From positions 1 to 64,000 of the forward strand of contig NW_020845831.1 in assembly GCF_003704095.1 (NCBI RefSeq): a DNA stretch of 64,000 nucleotides, given 5' to 3'. The notes below the pieces were generated by a model. That model did no database searches. It was not told the DNA's origin and was given only the letters and a program-made list of their open reading frames with translations. The stretch is from Pocillopora damicornis (taxonomy: Eukaryota). The stretch's first letter is position 1. Every line of letters begins with the position of its first letter. Below, in pieces: positions 24,497-38,141 of the stretch. The position numbers and the translations under genes were made by a program.

Positions 24497-24798
24497 AAAG
24501 CTTCGTTTAACAACATGATTAAAGGTGTAAAACTTAGAATGTGGAGAGAATAAATTGATTTCAAAAACGAAGACAGTCTTTCAAAACGACCTTGACCCAT
24601 TGTATCCGACTGACTGTAGATTTGTTTGGTGTTGTGTTTTAACTGCTAGAAGCTAACCAAGTGATAGGATGAGTTTTCCACCAGAAAAAGAAAAAAAAAA
24701 GGAATGCAGGGTTCAACATCAAGAACGAAATTTTTTTATCATGCATTTTATTAAGTGAATTCGCATTCCACTGTCGTGACTTGATATCATTTATGGGA

Positions 24799-27717
24799 TC
24801 ACCCTGAAAGACAAAAACTGCATATGTAACGGACTGGACACTTTTAAAATCTTTCTAACCACATTAATACAGCCAATCACTGTTGAAACTTATAGTGATC
24901 AACTTTGCTGAGTAGCGTGATGCCAATGACTTTTTTTTTCGTAGCAAAAGAAAACAGCTTTATAGAATTAGGCTTTTTGCATAGCACAGATCGTCAAGTT
25001 CCCTGATATATTGACTTTTCTCACTTCTTTTATGAAGTTGGACGTCACAACATTAGAGTTGTTTTCAACTGAGCGTCTTAAACCAAAACAAAAATAATCT
25101 GAGCGACCAATCAGAGCAAAGGTTACATCATCATTGGCCAACGAGGACTCGGAAAAGAAAAACAAGCGGTGCTTAAAGCGCAGGAAAGCGCTGATGAACA
25201 AATCGTTTTTGGTTGAGAGGATGGCGCGAGGTTTCTGGACCAATCAAAGGGCGAGGTGAAGTAAAACCAAAGTAATCTAGGATTACTTCGACAAGCAAGG
25301 AAAACAAGCAAGGTGCTTGAAGCGCGGAAAAGCGCTGATGGGCAAATCGTTTTTCTTTTGCATGTCATTGATTAAGAGGATGGCGCGGTTTCTGGACCAA
25401 TCACAGGGAGATGTGAAGTCAAACCAAAGCAATGCAAGATTACTTTCGACGCTTTAAAACTTGCCCTAAGATCCACTGAAGTAGGTATCTAAGTTATCGA
25501 TTACAGAGTTCAGTCTTGCTAAAAGAAGCGAGAAAACTTCCCAATCAACTTCCTTTTTAAGAGCTTTCCACGTACCATAGAGCGACCTTATCCCATCAAT
25601 GTCGTCCTGATGCAGCTTGGGTGTACCTCGACTTGCAGTCGGCCACATCACTGTGCCCTTCACGTCAGAGTGTCTAAGTCCTAAGGCGTGACCAATCTCG
25701 TGCACAGCAACATAAAGTAGGCTCTGTGATCCATTCCACCATGAACCAGTCTCGGTGAAGTATTCATCATCGTCAAAATGAAGTCGACCATCTTGTGGAT
25801 AAAAAGCATGAGCCAGAACCTTGCCTTTACCATCAAAGTCGGAATAACACTGCCTTTCGCCTGGGACACCAGAGTGCTTTCTTTTACCAAAACTGAAAAT
25901 GAATTACCAGTCAGTAGCTTGTGATAAAGAAATTTTGTTTGATATGCCAACACCGATAATTTAACAGGGTGTAATTTTCTTTTCAGATGTCGTCGAAATT
26001 TCAGTCACAACAACGCATAAAATTTGGCGAAATTAATTTGCATCATTTATGCAGCACAGCATTGTGTGTATTTTGTAGCCTGTTTCAGAAAACTAAAATC
26101 ACCAGGCAGAAAAGCAACGACAATCCATGTTTGAAGGTCAGCAACTGACCAAACAAGCAAAAAATAACTGCCATAAAGAAAACAGTTGCTCATGGAAATT
26201 TATTGGAACTTGGAACTTTATCGGAACATGGAAATAATTGGAACCAAGTTTAAAGGTCAGCAACTGACCAAACAAGCAAAAACAAATCGCCATAAAGAAA
26301 ACAGTTGCTCATGGAAACAACCAATCGAAGCTCAAAAGAAGAAAATGACCAAAAAAAAAACAAAAAAAAACTCGACAGACAGGCGAAGAAATGAACAAGC
26401 TCTCTGACTAAACTGACTGACTGACTGATTGACTGAATAAATGATCGATTGATCGATCAACGCGATGAAAAAATGGATTGTGAAAGAAAGGAAGGAAAGG
26501 AAAATGAAGGAAAGGGAGGAAGAGAGATTGAATGAATAACAATAAGAATCTAAGTGGATAGATAAAAAACTGCTCGGACGAATAAATGCGAAGTTAAATT
26601 GATGACAGTAAACCTGATTCTGAAGTCTGCATTCGAAACTGAAAGAGTTCTTGTAAACCTCAGCTTAGATGCAACGGCGCTCCACATTTGAAATGCCCGA
26701 GCCATAACTCTAGCCTGATCCGCTTCTGACATGTCTTCGCCAAAAGACAAGTAGTACTTGAGATCTGTTTTACGCCACTTTCCCCATGTACTGAATCGTT
26801 TAATGCGCAAACGCCCGCCATTTTCATCAACATCTGGGACCCCACATCGTGGTTTCTTCATTTGGTATAAAGTTTCTTCGTCTAATTCGCCAGTCACAGG
26901 CAGACCAAAGAATTTCTGGAAGTTCTTTAGCGCGGTTTTTACGTCATGGTTGCCTGATCTGCTTGGCGAGAGGTAGTGATAGTCTGATAGGTACTTCTGA
27001 AAGTCGGAGCACATCAAACAAACAACGTCGATATTACTCTTCAGGATTTCAAAGGCATAGTCAGAATTTTCTATGTACAAGTGACATTACGCTTCGTAAT
27101 ACTCTTCTAATTGAGTGACACATTACATTCAGGGATAAAAGGGAAGGGAAACTAAAAGGAATTTGAAAGTTTTTTAGGTATGAAGGACCTATCTACTTTT
27201 TTTTTTTTGCGATGTTGGTTTTTCAAAGCATACGCCGTTTATTCTGTCTGCGGTGAGCTTTTATCTTTGGCCTTTTATCCAGTGGCAGCACGCTATATCC
27301 ATTTACAAAACTATATCAAGAAAATCCCTTCAACAATTGAAAAAGAAATTTACTTAATAGACATTAACAGTCACGGGAAGTTGAATTTCAATTCAGTAAA
27401 TACCCGCCTAATTTAGAAAACTGGTTGATAGGAAAAGAACGGAGGAATAACAATTATGAAGCTTTTTTTCATAGTGAGTCGTTTTTGGCATAACCTCATG
27501 TCTTTAGAATACAGCACTTGGATTTTCATGAAACAATGCAAAGCACAAATCGGGTAAAGTCGGCTTCAGTGGGGTTTAGTAAAGTCTTTGCATTGTGTTT
27601 ATGGAGTCCTTCTAGTCTTACCATTGCAAATTCACCATCAGTTGATTCCTCCTCACAAGAGGCGCCATGAATGATGACTGAGGTCACAAATAATACAAGA
27701 TGAAACCACATGATCAT
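24799..27717 (-). CDS. Matrix metalloproteinase (M10A) paralogue A, minimal (no C-terminal domain); exons 27717-27622, 26996-26614, 25892-25576, 24803-24799
   Basis: Signal peptide MIMWFHLVLFVTSVIIHGASC, Cys switch PRCGVPD, furin site RIKR, HEIGHALGLRH and Met-turn VMWP. The last exon encodes G-TGA, followed by AATAAA at ~24752-24747. Confidence 0.9.
25054..25468. mobile_element. MITE-like repeat with internal tandem duplication (~25160-25292 / ~25301-25450)
   Basis: Duplicated AAAACAAGC..GTGCTT.AAGCGC..AAAGCGCTGATG..CAAATCG..GAGGATGGCGCG..TTTCTGGACCAATCA; a reversed relative at ~31780-31985. Confidence 0.6.
26134..26317. repeat. Intronic ~65-bp direct duplication
   Basis: AAGGTCAGCAACTGACCAAACAAGCAAAAA...GCCATAAAGAAAACAGTTGCTCATGGAAA occurs at ~26134 and ~26253. 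Confidence 0.85.
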
Positions 27718-28870
27718 TAGTAACTTTCACTCTGTTTGAGGAAAGTGATAGAATGCAGTACGTTATAACTTTGCGTAAAGGAAACCTCCTGATTTCAGCT
27801 TTCAGGTGCTGTAACTCAGCTTTTTTGCAAAATAAATAAGCAGTCCCATTGGTTATGAAAAAAAGAAAAAAAAATCACAGCACTATTCTTTTTATTGATT
27901 AATTCGACCAGCGGATCAAACGAGGTGTATTTTTACTTCAGTTCCTTTTTGAAGCATTGTTCATTTTTGCAATCAGGCAAAACTGGCACATGTTTATTCA
28001 GCATTGGATAATGGATCTAAAGAGATAAGGCGAACAACTGAGTAAAACGGGCGGCTTATCAAAAACGTCTTGTATATAAAAGGAATTATTTGATTTGTGA
28101 TATTCACCTGAGATTCTATAGTCGTGGATCTCCCATTTGTGAAAACTAAAAGGAAACAACTATTATCAAATTATGTAGTCTCATTCATTGAAATATATGA
28201 TCTTGGTCTGTGAAAAGATGTACAAGTCGAAAGAGGCATATCTTAATTCGTTAATATTGTTATTTATTATTTTTTTTAACTAGTTAAAAGCCGGACCCAA
28301 TATCAACACAACCAACAAAGCATTTACATTTCTTTTCTCTCTTTTAAGCCTCGTTCTCTACCAAGTTTTCAAAAACAAAAAATGTTAATTATCATAGTTT
28401 TAATTCCACAGTAGATTCTTTCCTTTTCTTTCTTTGTAATTTTATTAAATCCATTTAAGCGGTCGCTTGGCAAATTCATGTGATTTAAATTTAATTTGAT
28501 CCATTGATTTATTGATTGATCCATAGTTCGATCAGTTGTCGAACTCTCTTCACCGCCACAACATCCATACAGCAAGCTGATGATAAAAGCGAGTAAACCC
28601 AGGTACACGTCTTCCATTACACGACAGCAGTAGTCCGAGGGGCAATGTCCTAAATAAACTAACAAGGTTGTTTACAACAATTGTTCTGGTGTACATTTTC
28701 ACAATATTAATATCTGTTAATTGAATAAAGAGGGCAAGTTTTTAAAGAAACTGTGGTGGTGCTGCGTCGTGGGAGCGGAGGGGGTGTATTATTACAACTT
28801 AGCTGAGGATGTAAATCGGCCCCCGTAAAGAGTGTCTAGAGCTGACGTCTCGAGCGTCAGCCCTTTATGA

Positions 28871-29233
28871 GAGGGCATTTTCGGTTACGCGGTTTTGGTT
28901 TTTTTCATAGATCAGTTTTTCGGTTTTGGTGTTCATTCCGGTTTGCAGATTCCGTTTTCTTAGCATTTGCTTTCGGTTTTCTTAAAAACACGAATTGGTC
29001 TTTGGATTTGGTTTTCGACTTTTCCTATTTGGGTTCCGATTTCTCTTTGATCTGAGCGGCAATTATGCACCTCTACTAATCTCGAATAGCCGTCAAACCT
29101 CTGTATACTCCATTTGTCACTGTTTTGATAACTGGGATGTAAAAAATTATCGATTTTGATGGTTTTGCATGCAGTTTTCGGTTTTGATCGATTTTTCGCG
29201 GTTTTGCGGTCTATAATAGACCCCAATGCCCTC
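28871..29233. mobile_element. MITE with GAGGGCATT/AATGCCCTC ends and repeated CGGTTTT motifs, inserted into a hairpin-family element
   Basis: Short TIRs and many internal (T)CGGTTTT repeats; the host element starts at ~28727 and resumes at ~29240-29285. Confidence 0.6.
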
Positions 29234-30802
29234 TTCCTTTGTCATTAGGTGTGGCGGAGTGCAAATTCTCAAAACGTCAGATTTGTTAATTGAATTTTAA
29301 TATCTTCATGTTCTTCATGTTGTTATTCAAAGTACCGTTTGTGATTGTAAAAAGAGAATTCAGACTCGTTTCAATCACATGCCTAATCACCAATGTGTGC
29401 TCGTGCTCTATTGCTCATTGGACAATCAAAATGCGCCGCGAGAATGATGTAGGAGACAAGAAAACCGTTTTGGTTTCATCAATAGTACTACCGACAAATG
29501 AAACTATAACATAATTGCCGAACGTGATTGGTTATCACCAGCTCGGTTTGAGCACTAAGAGGACTCTGTACTCGTCATGCTTATGTAATTGGACATTATG
29601 CATCATGTACACGTGCTATTGTCACACATTTCGCCGAGTTAACTGTTGCTTTTTATGAAACCGTATACAACATGGTTATTTTTTTTACCCAATTTTGTCA
29701 TGCAGTAAAGTAAACTAACAAATTATTAAGATAGTTTTGTGCTATTTAGTTTTGAGAACATTTTCTTTGAAACGTTGGCATTGCATCGAGATTTTAACGA
29801 ATTTCTTGGCTGTCGCTTGCTACTCTACGAGTAATCTGAAGTAGTAAGGAAAACGAAAACCTCATTCAGTTTATTTATAAAATCTGTTCCACATGTACAA
29901 ACGACTAAAACTATCGGCTAGAATAATCGCTAAGTGTCAGAAACGAGGCGAGTTCGTCAGCGATTTAAAAATTAGTAAATTCTGCGAAATGATGATCTAA
30001 GTTTCCAAATTTAATTGTGTGACCTACCGAAAAGATCAACCCCTTTTTTCCGAAGAAAAATGCGATGTCAAAAAGCAAGTTCGTGACCAACAGGAGTATT
30101 TTTAAATTGTATCGAACGGTTTTCAATTTTCAAATGTCACTTGTTAAGTTAAATGCAAACAATGGAACTATCAAACATAATCTTAATTACACTGACTTGA
30201 TCACGTCCCAAATTGTAGATAAATCGCTTGTATCATGAGCACATGAAAATTCTGTCGGGAAACCAAACAGGAAAATCTTAAGGGGTACACATGTATGCCA
30301 TGAAACTGCCAAGAGGTGTTTTCCCCGCTAAAGAACATTATTGTTACCGAGAGTTAGTGTTTTGGGTTGGTCATCATACGTTTTATATTTTGGATTTTGC
30401 GCAGCAAGTGGCAAAAATGAGTTAAACGGGACTCAACGCAAAGTCAATAGAGAATGTCGTAAACAATGAAGTAATATGGAATCTCGCACAAAAGACTTAT
30501 TTGAGTAGCTGTAACAGCTTTTTTTTTTCATGTTAAAGTAAACATTAACTTGCACTTTTACTTGTTAAGCTGGTCGGAGAGAATCATTTGATACCCGCAA
30601 CATACAGTAGGAAATGTATTTTGAAGTGTGGCTCTATAAAATACAATAAGAAATAGTTGTCGTAGTCAATTTTTCTCTCTCCATTTTTATGACATTTTCA
30701 AGGTTCCTTTTTTGCCGTATACCCTTTAAAATAAGCAAGCCACTTTTGAAATGCTCACTATTTTCAGTGATTTAGTAGATTTTCTGCGGCGTAGTTGCAA
30801 AG

Positions 30803-33800
30803 ATGTTGGCTGTCGCGCTTCTAGTAGCATTTTTTATTCAAGTTGGTGTCGGTGATGAAGACCTAACTGAGGGCTTGGTAAGTTCGAAATCAAACTGAGT
30901 TTTTAAGACTTAAGCAGGAGATCATGCTTAACCTAATCATGTACGAGGGAAAATTTCTTAACTCTTGTTCCTCTTCTGGTATATCCTTCTTTCAGTCATC
31001 ACCGAACTAGTCAGGGTACCGAAAATTAACAAATTGTTAGCGTTCCCTAAAAAAAATCAAATTTTGGTATTAGATTTTTTGTCAATTCCTCTGCCCAAGG
31101 CCTTCATGTCTTCAAAGAAGATGCATAAAACATCAAACATCAGTTTAGTAAAAATCAGATTTTGATCTGTGCTCATTATCTATTGCTTCAATGGTCAATT
31201 TTTCAGTTGGTCCTTTGCAATTTTCGTTGGATTTTTAGTCATTTTCGTACCAATTAAATGTTTACTTTTAGTTTATCACAAAATCGTCCAATTAGCGCGT
31301 CAAAATTAGGATAAGAAGGGCGCTTGATGCATGGACAGCACTTAGATAACTTTTCCCAAATCGAAGCAAAAAGAAAAAATTGCAGAGAAACGCTAACAAG
31401 GTAAAAGGCTCCTTAAAATATTTCATTTTCCCTCACAAATAAGGAATTCCTCAACCAATACGGGTACATATCACATACGCGAAGCGGCAACCACGATGTA
31501 CCCACCGCCATCAGAAATTTTCAGGAGTATTTTGGCCTTCCAGCCAGTGGTAAACTCGATGACTCGACAATTAGACTCATGAAGAAACCACGCTGTGGAA
31601 TGCCTGATCCAACTGGAGAATCTCGAAAGCGAAGATATGTCACCAGAAGCAAATGGTACAAGACTGAGTTAACGTATTACGTACAACCTGGCCTGGATCT
31701 ACCAGCGGTAAGTAACATCTACTTGGGGCGGGGTTACATTTACCATCAGTTCATAGAAATAAACAAAACCGTGCAACGAGAATCTTGAGCGAAATTTAGT
31801 TCAGAAAGTAATACGAGATTGCATTAGATTTGCTTAACTTTGCTTTTTGATTGATCGAGAAAACTCTCACCCCCCCCTATGGGTCCTCATACGCTCCTTA
31901 TCATATTCCTTTTGTTCTGATTGGCTTTTGCGATTCTTTTGGTTGGTCTGGCATTACGATATTCCTTGGAAGGCGTTTTATGACTGTAAGTTATTACTTA
32001 CCCTTAAAAAAATGCAAAAAGCAGCATCAGCCAAGGAGAAATAAAAGCAAACAGAAAATAATACACAAACATAAAAAAACCCCGAAGAACACAAAGAGAG
32101 GCAAGAACAAACAGAAATTAGAAAAAGACATGGCTTATGCAGAATATTTTGGAAGAAAATACAACAAAACATTATGTGAATTCATGACTTTGAAAAAGAG
32201 TGAATTATCCCGACACCCTCACGTAAATGTGCTACCTCGTTTCTCTCTTAACCTTTTTGAATGTCCCCACAATTCTCTGCGATCAATTTATGCCTATCAA
32301 AGGAGTATACAGCCAGCAGCTTTTTCGAACAAGACTATTCCGTTTTGGAATATTTTTTAAAAATCCTGTAATTCTTATGAATTCAAAACAACTCATAGAA
32401 ATCGAACTCTTTGCACAGGAACAACAAAAAGAGATATTTGCTAAGGCACTGCAGTACTGGGCTGACGTTTCCAAGTTATCATTCAGATCAGTTGAAAGTC
32501 CCAGTGAAGCTGACATCAAAATAAGGTAATCTAGACACGAGTTTAGCTGATTATAGATTAGTTAGATATGACTGTGATTTATCTGATGGATCACCTCCAT
32601 GTACCTAAGATAAGAAGAACTTCACTACTCAACCAAAATACATGATCGCGAATGGTGTATGTTATAATCTGTTTCAGCCAATCCAGAGAAAAATTGACTA
32701 TTTTTCGGCTTTAAGATATGCGTTTTACCAAGCAATGAAGACATGAAACCATATTGCAGACGAAGCCTACCGAAGTCGCTTATGGGAAAGTAATTTTACA
32801 AAGAAGTTGTAGTCTACGAATGACGAAATTATAAATCGTTGATAATTTTTCTTGAAATAGCTTTGGAACGTACAGCCATAATGGTACAAATGGAGAGAGA
32901 ATATGCCCCTATCCGTTCAGAGGCGCTGGAGGTGTGTTGGCGCATGCCTATTACCCTCGAGATGGTCGAGCCCATTTTGACGAGGATGAAACTTACACAC
33001 ACGACACTAAATATGGCGTCAATCTTCTGTGGGTGGCCACGCACGAATTTGGACATTCCCTTGGCCTTGACCACACAAATGTCCAGGGTGCGATCATGTA
33101 TCCCTTCTACACAGGCTATGTACCAGATATGAAGCTTCATTCAGACGACATTGCTGGGATACAATATCTGTACGGTAAGAATTATGATGACTAGCGCTTT
33201 CATACTCGAAATAATTTTCCTGATATTGGCTGATGTGCTCTTGAATTGTTCTATTTTCCAATAGTAATGAGCAAGGATTTTCAACATTAGCTATTCATCG
33301 TAAACTATTTTTCTCTTATGGTCAGAATAGAAGTGCACCCAAGAAAAGTAATAATCACACTTTATATGATAGTAATAATAACAATAATAACTAGAGTTTT
33401 TAAGAACGTATTCTACATATAAATGTCTCGATGCTTTTTACAACTAAAAGAAAGAGCTCTCACGAAAAAGTTACGTTTTCAATGCCCTTTTAAAACTATC
33501 AACAGAGTTACTTTGTCTAACAATAGCAAAAATAATAAATGTGATATTCGATGGTAATAGTGATGATGTTAATGGCACTTACTTTAAATTCATAATATAT
33601 TATGATTTATGGCATTACATAAATTTCAATGCTTTTCAAGTGTAACCAGTTCCCTATCGACATGTACAGATAGAAAACATCAAGTATGTATGTCTACAAT
33701 TTATACAAGATCCAATTACAGTGGATTAAATATAATTTCTATGGGTGTGATCAAGGTTATCATGAACCTCTGAGACTAAACCTATTAAACAAGGAGGTAT

Positions 33801-35887
33801 TTCCAAAATAAATGGGTCTTTAGTGAGGATTTTAAAATTGTCAATGACTGAGAGTGCCAAATGTTAATTCGTAATATTGACGATTATAACGATGTTTTTG
33901 ATGTTGATAACGCTGTTGATGGTTGTGATTACGATGATTCATTTTAAGAAACCTTTTTATTTTGAAACTGAAATTTCTAAAGTGGTCGCTGTCATGATCA
34001 TCGTGCTTTTAAAAACAAGCTATAGTATTTCAAGATACAAGTTTTGTAGTTTGATTCTTAAACGCTTCACTGACTTGTGTTCGTTACAGGTTCAAACGAT
34101 GGTACTGATGCTGGAGGTGGCGGCCAGACCCCTGCTCCACCTTGTAAGTTATGATAACTAAAGAGCTATTTGTTAAATTCTCAACTTCGGATATCACATT
34201 TATAGAATTGTGATTGGTTCATGTAGTACGGGTTATCAAATCGTATACAGTCTTATCTACTAAAGAAGTCACCCCTCCAGATGTCAGTCACTAAGCTGAA
34301 TTTCTTTTTCCGTTTGAGACGAACGATTGATCGAAAGTAAAACAAATACCAGTCATTCGATAACATTCCGGACGTAATGATAAAACCCACGAAGTGTAGT
34401 ATATATATGATGCTATCTAATGGTACCTATCTTTTAAGCATGGCTTATATGTCCAAGATATTGCTCCTGAAAAAAATGTTTCACATCCTCAAATAAATTA
34501 TAACAACAACATAAATAAGAGCCAGTTACCTTCAAAATTTAAGGATGATTTGCAAATCGTAACAGAAGGAGGACTTCAAAATATATTGGACTTTTTCCAC
34601 GAGAGATCAGAGCCCAAACTCTGTTTTGAAATTTCTGCACTTTGCAAGGACCCTTTTTTTCCAAAGGTTCATTTGTGATATCCACACCAACAGACATAGT
34701 GCTGGTTTTTTGCGTTCGATTTCACACTGCAAAAAAATTTTTGTACACAGAGCTTCTCGAAGAGCTTGAGGACTTGACATCTCAGAAAAATAAAAAAACT
34801 GAAACTGAAAGCATGTCTCACTAAGTTTGTAAAGCTGAGAGCGATAAATTAAGTTAAAAATATTTAAACGAAAGCTTTTCTTCATCCCATCCTTCGCTCA
34901 GTTTCACTCAACAAAACATTTGTGCAGCTGTGTACAAAATTTACGTGTGACAATGCGGTAGAACTCAAACATGCTCCTTATCTCGAAAATATCTTACCTC
35001 GCGCCCTTGCGCTTTTGTAGAAAGTGTTGTATTTTGTGTAAACATTCTTGTGCGGCTTTGTAATTTGTTAGAGATTATATTAATTTTGCATAATGAACAC
35101 GATGAGTGCATATGATGCGACCATGAAAGTTTTATCCACTTTACTTCCAGCAGATATAAACATAGTCTGCGTAATACCTGGGGAGGTTAATGACAAAATT
35201 AATTACAAAAGCCAAGAAACTCCTGTTTAAAGTACCGCAAGGAAGTTACTGATGACTAGTTTATTAGATTGGCTAATCCTTGTTAATTCAAATTATAATT
35301 GATTTTTTTAATACCTTCTTTTTTGTCGATGAAGCTGACTGCGATGATAGGTTGGCGTCATCTTGCCAACCATATGTTGAGGCTGGTTATTGCGACGCTT
35401 ACCCTTCCAATATGAAGTACTGGTGCGAGAAGTCGTGTTCTAAATGTGAGTTCTGATTGCTTAATCAGTCGTTTAAGAAACTCACTTGCATTTACGAGGA
35501 AAATAGCGCTTTCATTTTTGTTAACCTTTCTGTACTTGCATTTTACATTCTTCTGGATTTTAAGACACTTCTTCAACCAATGCATTAGCAGTAGTATCCG
35601 CACAGTGCAGATAGTGCCCGTTAAAGTTAAAACAAAGAAGAAAAAAAAGAAGGGAAAATTTGCTTAGGGTGAACTACTGGACTTCAGTTTTGAAGACAAT
35701 CACTAGCCGACCTGTCAAGTGATAAATTAAATACGGTACTACCCACTCGAAACATGATTTACGCGCAATATGATTTGTTCTGAGAATGCATCAATAGCGG
35801 ATTGGCAAATGAAATTTAAAGAGAATTTGGACATTGTGGTCTGTCCTCAGCCTCATTCTTTTCCTTTCTTTCATTGCAGGTCAGTGA
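30803..35887 (+). CDS. MMP paralogue B with C-terminal ShKT domain; exons 30803-30877, 31444-31707, 32419-32525, 32861-33174, 34090-34143, 35335-35445, 35880-35887
   Basis: Signal [43 protein letters not shown], linker [18 protein letters not shown] and Sh[45 protein letters not shown] at ~30635; AATAAA at ~35977. Confidence 0.92.
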
Positions 35888-36347
35888 CATGTCTAGGCAG
35901 TGAAATCAAAGAGTTTACCGATATTCCCAGCCTTTGTTTGTCATTATGTCTGAAGTAACTTAGCAATGAATTACGAAATAAAGTTTGGCATCGTAAATAA
36001 TTTGGTAGTGTGTGACCTTATTTATTAACGGGGCTTGTCTAAATGTTCAAGATGCAAAGGTCACAGAAGGCAATCTTTCGCGTTCACAATGACAGGATTT
36101 TAATTGGAGATAGTTATTAGGTGCTCTTTCTTAGTCAGCTACTTAATTCGTTTTCACAAAAAAGGACCATTCGGTCGCATTTTTATTATTTAGAGCAAAC
36201 TTCAAGCCATAAGTCACTTCCTTTTGACGTTTTAAGTTTAGTCTACGTAAAGGTCTTTTCTGTTCTTTTTTATCAAGAAGAGAGAGCCGTGCAAAGTTAA
36301 CAGTCACATGGCTCTAGCCTCTACATGGCTCTCACTTGCTTCTCGCT

Positions 36348-36553
36348 TTTAACTCTTTTCTAAGTGATAAGCATATACTTTCTTCAAAAATTATCACCCC
36401 TGAATCACACATTAAGGTCACGAGAATAAAGGAAATGATCACGAACTAAAGAAGCTCTCAGTTGCTAAACAAATTCTCCTTGTCAGCACTTACAGAATTG
36501 TAGAGAAAACAGTATGGAGAATTGCATATTGATATGAGGGTGTAAAAGATTAA
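36348..36553. mobile_element. Degenerate piggyBac-type MITE (uninterrupted relative of the 24101 outer element)
   Basis: Contains TGAATCACACATTAAGGTCACGAGAATAAAGGAAATGATCAC and ends GGGTGTAAAAGATTAA. Confidence 0.65.
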
Positions 36554-38141
36554 AAGAATGGTATCCCTCCGAGTATTATGATTTCTATTTTTCTTTTCGA
36601 GAGGAATACATGGAATAAGGCTGAACTTCAGAAGACTTGTGGCACAGACACGTTTAATCTCTACAGAAGAACAGCAAAGATTTTTTACCTACGGCTAATG
36701 CAAACTGTTCCTTTTTTGTGCATTAACAGCTGAAAACAGGAGAAAAGAAGTTTCATTGTTGCTGTCTGCTGTTTGCCACAAGCGTCATTCAGAACCTCCT
36801 TATTTTTATTTAGACAGTTACTCGCTCTCATTATTTTAGTACGCAATTCAAGACAATAGCGCTTTATTCATTTCTATAAAAAGCTGAAATTAGGTTTGTA
36901 CAAGACTTGAAACATAAAAAACTCAGGGAACACTTCGAAGCAAAACAATCCATGTGAACATGCAGTTGTATTAGCAGCTCACCTGACTTGAGTGTTTTTT
37001 TTTTCATAACATGGTTCGTACAGCATTGACTAGCGTTAACACTTATCAGTGAACAGCTTCCCTTCGTGAACCAAGACCACTGGGAGAATTGGGTGTTGGC
37101 TCTGTTAAGAGCGTGATAAACGAATGTCTTTGTGGGACCAGTCATTATGAAACGCCAGAAGGGGAGGGGTGAAGGGGTTGAAGGATTTTCAGGTTTTGTC
37201 ACGAAAAAACTCATGATTCCCCTAAATACTGGCAAATTAAGCGCGTGAAAAATTAAATTACGAAGTCAGAGTCGGTGTCGTTTTTTCAAATGGTCGATGA
37301 TCAGCAGATGAGAGCTCGATTTTTGAGCGCATTGTCTGAGCAACAGATCTCGGTGCGTAGGCAGCACACTGAATATAATCGCCTATATCTCAAGTTAAAT
37401 TTAAACACTACCGAAAATCCTTAATTGTGAACATACACATACCAAAATGATTACTCATAACAGATATTGGTGACCTTTAGCGACGCTTTTACATCCATAT
37501 GCAGCAAAAGCAACAATGGAACGCTGATGAATTTTGTTTTCGTGTAGAAAACTAGCATACAATCTCTTGTTCAAAACTAGAGCAAGTGTTTACGTCTAAC
37601 AACGCAAACAGCAGAAAACAGATGACAGGAATTTTAAATGTTGCTTTTTACCACGTGCCGCAGACGTAAATAATATAAATGTTCTCTATTATTATTTTGA
37701 GTGACTTGCTGTCAAATCTTCATGAGCAAACACCGTTATTAGTTAAGCTGCAGAAACATTTCACAGAACGAGGAACTGATTACATACTCATAAACAATAG
37801 TTTCGCATTTATTCCAATAGAAAGCTCAAGGAAGGTTTGAAGAAGACCTGGAAAACGAGAACCTTAGAAAAACCCAAAACAAAAACATCCATTTAAACAT
37901 TTGTATGAACAGGTCATCTAAACATTAGTTCTTTGATAACCTAACACAACAGACTATGGAATTTGTTTCTATAGGTCTTAAAATTAACAAAAAAATTATT
38001 TGCTGAACAGTCAAAACATTTTCCAGGTAGTATTTGTTTCTATTGTCTCGTTAGTGAGACATCTGCCCCAGATAAAGATACTTAAACCACATTTCAGAAG
38101 GCTCAATTCTGTTGGAAGCCTTCCACAGACTTTTCACGGAA

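Noticed and set aside
31851-32360. 169-aa ORF and similar short ORFs in the track (e.g. 6063-6383, 38325-38663, 61340-61765)
   Set aside because: Intronic or intergenic, low-complexity or repeat-derived, often with non-ATG starts, and with no domain motifs.
35405-35430. MKY in the ShKT of MMP B/C as the ShK Lys22-Tyr23 dyad
   Set aside because: It lies 3 residues before the fourth Cys rather than 6, so it is not positionally equivalent.
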